NCBI GenBank assembly: GCA_038046385.1
Contig: JBBSWH010000001.1
Location: 1-64,000, forward strand
Source of the DNA: Nanobdellota archaeon
GTDB lineage: Archaea; Nanobdellota; Nanobdellia; Woesearchaeales; GW2011-AR4
Direction of reading: 5' to 3'
DNA: 64,000 bases
Every line of letters begins with the position of its first letter. The stretch's first letter is position 1. The position numbers and the translations under genes were made by a program. A model generated the notes under the pieces. It was not told the DNA's origin, searched no databases, and was given only the letters and a program-made list of their open reading frames with translations. This document shows, piece by piece, positions 57,601 to 64,000 of this stretch.

Positions 57601-58164
57601 CTAATGCGTTCTTGAAAAGTTTCTGTGCTGGTTGCCTTCTGAAGTCATCTTCAGCCTTTCTTTTATCAAAGCATGCAATTTTAACACAATGTTATAGTAA
57701 AGTTCATCCCACCAGACGCCTTCAAGTTTTTTTCTGATAACATACTTGTTGTAGAAGCTTTTCAGATGGGCAACGAAAGCGCTTCTTTCCCATACTTTTT
57801 CATGATCAGTTGTTATTTTTCCGTGCAGCTGAATCCAAACTCTTCCTTTTGTCATTTTTTTCTTTTTTCCGTTTTTTGTTACAATCTCTACATCATGCAT
57901 ATCGAAAGTCTCTATTGTGATATTAACAGACCATTCATAATAATCTTCAACAGCTCTTGTTGCTTCAAACATGTACAAAATTTCTGATCCAAAAGGGCCG
58001 GGCCTCCTTAATCTTTGCTGCGTCTCGCGAAGCTTGAACTTCTTTTCCCTGAAAAAGTTTGCAATAGACTCATACAGATCCTGCATATCAAGAATTCCTT
58101 TGTATTGGACATAAACAGTAGGCGTTCCGGCTTCTGCATTGTGCACAAAATCCTCTGGCTTCAT
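57601..58164 (-). CDS. Conserved hypothetical protein (paralog 1 of 3)
   Basis: YKGILD..DLY, EDY, KK...G, DHE..W. Confidence 0.75.
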   Translation of the reverse strand: MKPEDFVHNAEAGTPTVYVQYKGILDMQDLYESIANFFREKKFKLRETQQRLRRPGPFGSEILYMFEATRAVEDYYEWSVNITIETFDMHDVEIVTKNGKKKKMTKGRVWIQLHGKITTDHEKVWERSAFVAHLKSFYNKYVIRKKLEGVWWDELYYNIVLKLHALIKERLKMTSEGNQHRNFSRTH

Positions 58165-58353
58165 GGCAATACCCTGCTGATAAAGGTATATAAATATATC
58201 GAAATGTACGCATTTCGAAGATTTATATTAGAAAATTTTAATGAATAGCGTACAAAAATTTTCTAAATATAAAGGTTGCGGAAATCGACTCATATAGAAA
58301 AGATTTATATATAAGTAACTGCCTTATAAAAATAAAAATAAGGTGGAAAATTA

Positions 58354-59784
58354 ATGAAAAAACTACTCAAATTCTCGGTTTTCGCTGCAGTCATGGCAAT
58401 AATGTCCTGCTTTGTGTTTGCAGCACCATTTGATGCGACAGTAACTCCAATAAAAGACAAGATTGTTGTTGATGAGGTTGCAGAATTTAACATAACGATA
58501 GAGAATAATCTCGACAGGGCGCAGGAATTCACAATAAAAAAAGCCGGATATCCTTTCTGGGACATGTACACGCAGCCGCTTCAGAACCCAATCACGCTTA
58601 AAGTTGCTGCAAACAGCGCAGCGTCAATAAGTGTTTTCGTTGACCCGCTGTACATCACTTCAGTTGATACTTACACTCTTGATCCGTCAATAGTCATGGA
58701 AAGCACAGGCGAGGAGCAAAAAGTAGCAATCACAGTCGGAATAAAATCCACAGACCCTTTGATAGGTGGGTACATCCCGACAGTCTTGGCAAATATAGAT
58801 ATCCCGGAGAAGATAGACCCGAGAGACGAGTTTACAATCAAAGTTCTTCTAAACAACCAAAATTCCTTAGATTATCCTAATCTGACCATAAAGGCAGAAA
58901 GCAAACTTTTCAAAGATGAGCTTAATTATCTGTTGGGCCCTAAAGAAGACAGAGTGGTTGAGATAAAGAAGAAGCTTGATGCAATGACTGCCCCTCAGAA
59001 AGATGACCTTGTTGTTGCTGTTTTCAGGGGCGACAGGATGATAGTCAGCCCAATTGTGAAAGAATTCGAAATAACGGAGTATGTTGTTACAGAGCCGATG
59101 ACAACGGAAACATCTTTCATGAAAACAAGAAAAGGGATAAGCCTTTACTCAAACAGCCCTGATTATTCCGGAGATGTTAAAATAGAAACAACATCTCTGA
59201 AGAATTTGTTTACTTCAACAAATCCGAGAGCAAAGTTTGTGAAAGAAAACGGGAAAGAATATCTTGTTTGGAATGTGCATGTTGATTCGGACAGGAAAGC
59301 CTCAGTTTACATGACAGAGAATTACAGGCCGATACCAGTCATAGCAATTGCGGCAATAATTGCAATTGTTCTTTATTTCCTTTTCAGAAGCCCGATAGTT
59401 GTAAGGAAAAGCATAGCCAATGTCGGAATGAGCGAAGGCGGAATTTCTGAAGCAAAGGTTGTTGTAAGGGTGAAGAACAGAAGCAGCCACCAGATAACTG
59501 CAATAGAAGTGATGGACAACGCGCCTCATATAGCGCACGTTGAAAAAGAGCTTTCAATAGGCTCAATGCAGCCTAATGCAATTCTTAAGCACCCGAAAGG
59601 GGGCATCGTGATAAAATGGAATGTCGAATCTCTTGACACAGGAGAAGAAAGGGTATTGTCTTATAAAATGAAGTCCAGGCTTGCGATACTCGGAGAATTA
59701 AGCCTTCCTGCAGCATCTGCAAGGTGCAAGGTCGGCAATAGGGTAATTATCACGCAGTCCAACAGGGCAAGCACGGGAAATTAA
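58354..59784 (+). CDS. Secreted or membrane-anchored Ig-like domain surface protein
   Basis: Signal peptide, beta-rich repeats, TM at ~aa 325-345, C-terminal V.VKN..I.V.D..W....L..GEE domain. Confidence 0.7.
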   Translation: MKKLLKFSVFAAVMAIMSCFVFAAPFDATVTPIKDKIVVDEVAEFNITIENNLDRAQEFTIKKAGYPFWDMYTQPLQNPITLKVAANSAASISVFVDPLYITSVDTYTLDPSIVMESTGEEQKVAITVGIKSTDPLIGGYIPTVLANIDIPEKIDPRDEFTIKVLLNNQNSLDYPNLTIKAESKLFKDELNYLLGPKEDRVVEIKKKLDAMTAPQKDDLVVAVFRGDRMIVSPIVKEFEITEYVVTEPMTTETSFMKTRKGISLYSNSPDYSGDVKIETTSLKNLFTSTNPRAKFVKENGKEYLVWNVHVDSDRKASVYMTENYRPIPVIAIAAIIAIVLYFLFRSPIVVRKSIANVGMSEGGISEAKVVVRVKNRSSHQITAIEVMDNAPHIAHVEKELSIGSMQPNAILKHPKGGIVIKWNVESLDTGEERVLSYKMKSRLAILGELSLPAASARCKVGNRVIITQSNRASTGN

Positions 59785-59841
59785 TTGTTTTATTGATTTA
59801 AATTCTTGTTATTCATTGTTTTTAGTTATTGAGTTTTTTAC

Positions 59842-59913
59842 TTTTGTTCGGCTTCGCCTCACAATAATTACAGCTCGTTGTCGCTCCGATTGCCACATCG
59901 CGACAACTCGCCT
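59842..59913 (-). repeat. Family A hairpin element
   Basis: Minus strand: ggcgag ttgtcgc gatgtgg..gga gcgacaa cgag then ggcGAAgcc; covaries with the 1099 copy. Confidence 0.75.
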
Positions 59914-59943
59914 ATATATTTAACAGTACAACAAAAACCTGCA

Positions 59944-60031
59944 TGTCAGAAATCATAAAGTCCATAATAATAGTTTTGATTTCTGAGCATGATCAAAAAC
60001 ACTTTTAGCACTTATTAGGGTGTTTTTGACA
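59944..60031 (+). repeat. Family D element
   Basis: tgtcagaaatca..tgatttct GAGCATGATC aaaaacac..gtgtttttgaca. Confidence 0.78.
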
Positions 60032-60068
60032 TAATCTTTATAAAGCGAATAAAATACTTTTATTTCAT

Positions 60069-60216
60069 CCCCGCGTAGCTTAACGGCGGAGCGCTCGGCT
60101 GTGAGACTTTAAAGTCTGGCTAGAGATGCGCTCTAAGACCTTACGCTATTCTAGCGAGGAATGATAGAGAGCCAGTCGTGCCCGGGAGGTTGCTGGTTCA
60201 ACTCCGGCCGCGGGGA
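60069..60216 (+). tRNA. Intron-containing tRNA, probably tRNA-Tyr(GTA) with a split anticodon (unspliced reads GTG/His)
   Basis: CCCCGCG/CGCGGGG-A acceptor stem (C1:G72, A73), T-arm GCTGG-TTCAACT-CCGGC, 76 extra nt in the anticodon loop. Confidence 0.75.
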
Positions 60217-60314
60217 TTTTGGGTTAGCGTCATTGCTAACCCTATATTTTTCTATTAAATACCACTGGACATCTCCGCCTAAGATATTTAAAGCAAAACA
60301 TCTTAATTCTCATT

Positions 60315-60938
60315 ATGAAAACAAAAATATTGAAATATGGTTTTAAGAAACTAACAAAAGCTAAATCCAGAATCATTGCACATTTGATAGGAGACGGCTG
60401 TGTTTACAAAAGCAATCATGATTATAACATTAAATATGAAGTAAAAGATCAAGAATCTTTAGATTCTTTTGAAGAAGATTTGATTTCCGTTTATGGCTTA
60501 AAATTAACTAAAGGATTTAAAAATTCCGGATTTACTGGCAAGCCCATCCCTTTTATAAGATTAAGATCAAAACTGGCTTATGAGGACTTATTGCGCTACG
60601 CAACCTATAATTCAAGAGATTGGAAAATTAATTCAATAATTCCCCCTTCATCTAAAACAATAAAAAAAGAATTTCTCAAGGCATTGTTTGATGACGAAGG
60701 AAGTGTAATAATAAAAAGCAAAAATAGCGAAGTCAGGCTCTATTCAATAAATTTGGACGGCTTAACACAAATACAAAAAATACTGCTGGATTTTGGTATT
60801 AACACAAAGATAACTCCAGGATACGGCTTGAAAAGGAATGTGTATGCCGTAATAATTAAGGATTTAATGGCATTTAGGAAAAAGATAGGATTCAATTTAA
60901 GGAGAAAACAAGACAAACTTGATACCTTAAAATTCTAA
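60315..60938 (+). CDS. Free-standing LAGLIDADG homing-endonuclease-like protein
   Basis: Two LAGLIDADG helices, IIAHLIGDG and FLKALFDDEG; no intein splicing motifs. Confidence 0.85.
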   Translation: MKTKILKYGFKKLTKAKSRIIAHLIGDGCVYKSNHDYNIKYEVKDQESLDSFEEDLISVYGLKLTKGFKNSGFTGKPIPFIRLRSKLAYEDLLRYATYNSRDWKINSIIPPSSKTIKKEFLKALFDDEGSVIIKSKNSEVRLYSINLDGLTQIQKILLDFGINTKITPGYGLKRNVYAVIIKDLMAFRKKIGFNLRRKQDKLDTLKF

Positions 60939-61010
60939 AAAACCAAACTTTATATACTAGCTTTCAAAGAAATTCATAATAAAATTTATTTTTAACAAGA
61001 GGTGAATTAA

Positions 61011-61556
61011 ATGGTTAAGCAATGGCACGATATACAGCTGGGAAAAGACATACCGAAAGAAGTAAATGTCCTGATAGAGATTCCAAGAGGGTCAAGCACG
61101 AAGTATGAAGTTGACCACGAGCATGGGCTTTTGATGCTTGACAGGTTTGTTTATTCTTCAGTCCATTATCCTGGTGATTACGGCTTTGTGCCGCAGACGA
61201 TAAGCGGAGACGGAGATCCTTTGGATATACTGGTTTATTCAGAAGGCATTGTAATCCCGCAGACAATTGCCGCTTTCAGGCCGATTGGAGTCATGAAGAT
61301 GATAGACAACGGTGAGAAAGACGATAAAATCATCGGCGTTTATGTAAAGGACCCTATGACGATGCATATCAAAGACCTGAAAGACCTGCCGGAGCATGCT
61401 TTGAAGGAATACAAGGAATTCTTCCAGACTTACAAGGATTTGGAGAACAAGAAAGTGACTGTGACAGGATTCCACGGCAAAACCGTTGCTTATGGGCTTA
61501 TCATGGACAGCATCAAAACTTACGAGAAGAAGTTCAAGAGAAAGCACAGGAAATAA
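61011..61556 (+). CDS. ppa: Inorganic pyrophosphatase (family I)
   Basis: EIPRGS..KYE, LDR, YPGDYGFVPQT, DGDPLD, D.GEKDDK. Confidence 0.95.
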   Translation: MVKQWHDIQLGKDIPKEVNVLIEIPRGSSTKYEVDHEHGLLMLDRFVYSSVHYPGDYGFVPQTISGDGDPLDILVYSEGIVIPQTIAAFRPIGVMKMIDNGEKDDKIIGVYVKDPMTMHIKDLKDLPEHALKEYKEFFQTYKDLENKKVTVTGFHGKTVAYGLIMDSIKTYEKKFKRKHRK

Positions 61557-61557
61557 A

Positions 61558-62781
61558 CTATTTTATTTTTTTCTTTTTTGTTTCTTTTTCATCAAACACC
61601 GGAATTCCGTATTCGCCGTCATAGCCCGGCAAAAATGGAATCTTCATGCTTCTGTTGCGCATTATGCTGCCTGCAATCTTTTCAGTTGTTATCTTATTTA
61701 TCTCTTTTTCATCAGCATCAAGCAGAATATTAAATTCATTTCCAAAAGCGTTTGTCAGTTTGTAATACTCTTCCCAGACTTTCTTGGAAGCAACAGGCGC
61801 TTTTATTGTGCCTGCTATGACTTCTGACAATGAGATTATATTTCTGAAAGGAACAGCGTTCTTTGGAACGAATCCTTCTTTTCTATCGGCTAAACTTTCT
61901 ATTCTTTGCGCTACTCCAACAGTAAGCTTTTTTTTGCAAACTGGGCAGATGTCTTTGAGTTTTATTGATTCTTTTGGGGACAGGCAGACTTTGCATGCGC
62001 GATGTCCGGTATAGTGGTATTTGCCTTCATGAGGCCACATTTCTATTGTTTCTGTAAATCCCTTTTTCTTTCTAATTGCGCCAAGCAGTTCATCATATTT
62101 CCATTTGATGTTGAATACGTTGCATTCTCTTCCAAGACGCCATGGCCAGAATGAATGAGCATCAGAGCTGCTTACCAAATTGTATTTATCTAATTTAGAA
62201 ATGCGCCAGTTCATTGCCGGGTCGCTTGATAAGCCGGTTTCAATTGCATGTATGTGCTTTGCCTGGTCTTTGAAGCAGTCTTCAACAGAATCAAAGCCGG
62301 TTGCTGATCCAAACAAGCCAAACCATGGAGTCCAAACGTGCGCTGGAATTATTTCAATATCTTTGTCAATACTTTTCATCATCTCGACAAGCTCAATGCA
62401 CGAGAATCCGAAAATTGGGCGCCCGTCATAATCTAATCTTCCCTTCTTCAGCAATGCTTTGTTTATCTGCTCAACAACTTCAAAATTTCTTGCCAGCAAA
62501 AGTGAGTGAATACGGCGTCCTTTTCCATCCTGCGTGTACATATTAGAAATTTCGCCTTGCAGAACAAACTTGAAGCCGGATTTTGACGTTAAGATTCCGG
62601 AACCGTCTTCCTTTAATTCATCTTTCAGCTCAGCAAGCCATTTTGGATGCGTAAAGTCGCCTGTGCCCAAAAGGTTCAGCCCTTTTAATCGCGCATATTT
62701 TTCTAAGTTTGTTAGATTTAAGTGCTTGCTTGTTGCCCTTGAAAATCTCGAATGAATCTGCAGGTCTGCGAATACTTTCAT
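61558..62781 (-). CDS. Endonuclease Q family protein (PHP domain plus zinc finger)
   Basis: DLQIHSRFSRATS, GTGDFTHP, PAHVWTPW, ETGLSSD, SDAHS, GKYH..GH..C, PGYDGEYG. Confidence 0.9.
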   Translation of the reverse strand: MKVFADLQIHSRFSRATSKHLNLTNLEKYARLKGLNLLGTGDFTHPKWLAELKDELKEDGSGILTSKSGFKFVLQGEISNMYTQDGKGRRIHSLLLARNFEVVEQINKALLKKGRLDYDGRPIFGFSCIELVEMMKSIDKDIEIIPAHVWTPWFGLFGSATGFDSVEDCFKDQAKHIHAIETGLSSDPAMNWRISKLDKYNLVSSSDAHSFWPWRLGRECNVFNIKWKYDELLGAIRKKKGFTETIEMWPHEGKYHYTGHRACKVCLSPKESIKLKDICPVCKKKLTVGVAQRIESLADRKEGFVPKNAVPFRNIISLSEVIAGTIKAPVASKKVWEEYYKLTNAFGNEFNILLDADEKEINKITTEKIAGSIMRNRSMKIPFLPGYDGEYGIPVFDEKETKKKKIK

Positions 62782-62861
62782 ATAAATTGGAACTGAATAA
62801 CTTTATTTAAAGGTTTCATAGAAGACAAAAGATTTTTATACTACTCAAAAATACTAACAAC

Positions 62862-63338
62862 ATGACAAAACAAGTCGCAATTGTTGATGCTGATATAGGT
62901 TATGGGGTAATTGACGCAGTTTTGGACTCCACTAATCCCGTTACAACAAGATTTAGACAGGCCGACCAAGCTTTGTCACAACTAAGAACGACAAAATATG
63001 ATCTGATTTTAGCACGTTTAAGAATGGCACCGGGATTGAGTCCAGAACCAGCACTTAATGACCTATGGCGAGGTTCCCAGGGAGATTATGCCGTAGTATG
63101 CGAATATTTTCTAAGCCAGATAAGGGATGAAACATCTGCTAATAAAGAGACACCTATAATTGTAATGGATGTTGTTGCTGCAGAAGGAGACAGACTATTT
63201 CCAAATGCTGCAAGAAGAGTGATTCAAGCAGGCGCAAATGATTATGTTGAAACTAGGAATTTCCCTGAATTAGAAAGATTAATAATCAAATATATTGGTG
63301 AGGGGCAGAAACCCGAGCTTAGTGATGAGCAATCTTAA
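62862..63338 (+). CDS. Atypical receiver (CheY-like) domain protein
   Basis: VAIVD, YDLILARL.M.PG (no phospho-Asp), TPIIV, AGANDY. Confidence 0.6.
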   Translation: MTKQVAIVDADIGYGVIDAVLDSTNPVTTRFRQADQALSQLRTTKYDLILARLRMAPGLSPEPALNDLWRGSQGDYAVVCEYFLSQIRDETSANKETPIIVMDVVAAEGDRLFPNAARRVIQAGANDYVETRNFPELERLIIKYIGEGQKPELSDEQS

Positions 63339-63410
63339 TCAGAGTCTTACTTCCAGTTGCAGTTTCATCTTCCCGCAACTTTTAAATAGTCCATTCTAAA
63401 ATAAATATCC

Positions 63411-64000
63411 ATGGCATCAGACATTCTTTCAGAGTTCAATTCTAATGATGTTTCTCACTTTAAGAAAGATGCAATGCAGATGGTGAAAGTCGGCATAGAA
63501 ATTGACAGGTACTACGGGGAAGGCCATCACGACCTTGACGCTTTCATTCCAAAATATGAAAAACTGATACAATTATTTAACAAAAAGTACAAAGGCATTG
63601 CAATCAAGACAAAAAAGACATCTGACTCTTTCAGGACAAGGCTTTTCGCAAAATCCAAGGACATAAAGGAATTCTTTGCAGAATCTGCGTCAAAAATACA
63701 GGGACTAAGGGCGATAGGAAAAACCGGATTCAATCAGGCAGATTCTTCCAATACAGAAGCGTTTGTTGCTTTGATAGAATCATTGGCAGATTTTTTGTTT
63801 GTTTCATATGCCGACCCTGACAGGGGCACAAGCACGCTTGCGGTTTTTTACGACAAGAAAGAAAAAATGGCTGAAATCAATTATAATCCTGAAGACATGA
63901 TGAACGAAAACTCTGCATCGTTCAAGGTTTTTGCTTACTATGCACTAAAATCAGGAATTGACAGGAAAATAGATATTCTTGCAGAAGCATCAACATTTTG
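63411..64000 (+). CDS. Hypothetical protein (runs off the window end)
   Basis: Open frame from ATG 63411 (MASDILSEF...) to the end; TATA-like TTTAAATA upstream. Confidence 0.6.
   Translation, partial: MASDILSEFNSNDVSHFKKDAMQMVKVGIEIDRYYGEGHHDLDAFIPKYEKLIQLFNKKYKGIAIKTKKTSDSFRTRLFAKSKDIKEFFAESASKIQGLRAIGKTGFNQADSSNTEAFVALIESLADFLFVSYADPDRGTSTLAVFYDKKEKMAEINYNPEDMMNENSASFKVFAYYALKSGIDRKIDILAEASTF

Noticed and set aside
60315-60938. Intein
   Set aside because: No N-terminal Cys/Ser block, no C-terminal HN and no host exteins.

Overview
64 kb of an AT-rich archaeal chromosome. Archaeal markers (Rpo4, Rpo6, eS17, eL21, EndoQ, AMP phosphorylase, tRNAs with bulge-helix-bulge (BHB) introns) sit beside bacterial-type metabolic genes (coaDE, metK, pdhABC, thyA/folA). 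This mix suggests a DPANN archaeon, most likely Woesearchaeota (inference). Contents: a Xer-like recombinase, Lhr helicase, a glycogen cluster, a SAM/polyamine cluster, a pyruvate dehydrogenase operon, a nucleotide-metabolism cluster, five intron-containing tRNAs, a free-standing LAGLIDADG gene and a ~9.4-kb integrative element at tRNA-Leu (46785-56152). Most notable non-standard signals: (1) four families of miniature hairpin elements with covarying stems, found between genes, in-frame inside a protein gene and inside a tRNA intron; (2) an array of 11 AAYCGRTT-centred palindromes just downstream of the element's integrase; (3) a duplicated cassette whose 60-nt non-coding leader block is 58/60 identical while the proteins are ~46% identical; (4) a candidate small RNA convergent with a DUF3800 gene; (5) a tRNA that reads as His but is probably a Tyr with an intron-split anticodon. 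All alignments and folds were done by eye; no database searches were run.
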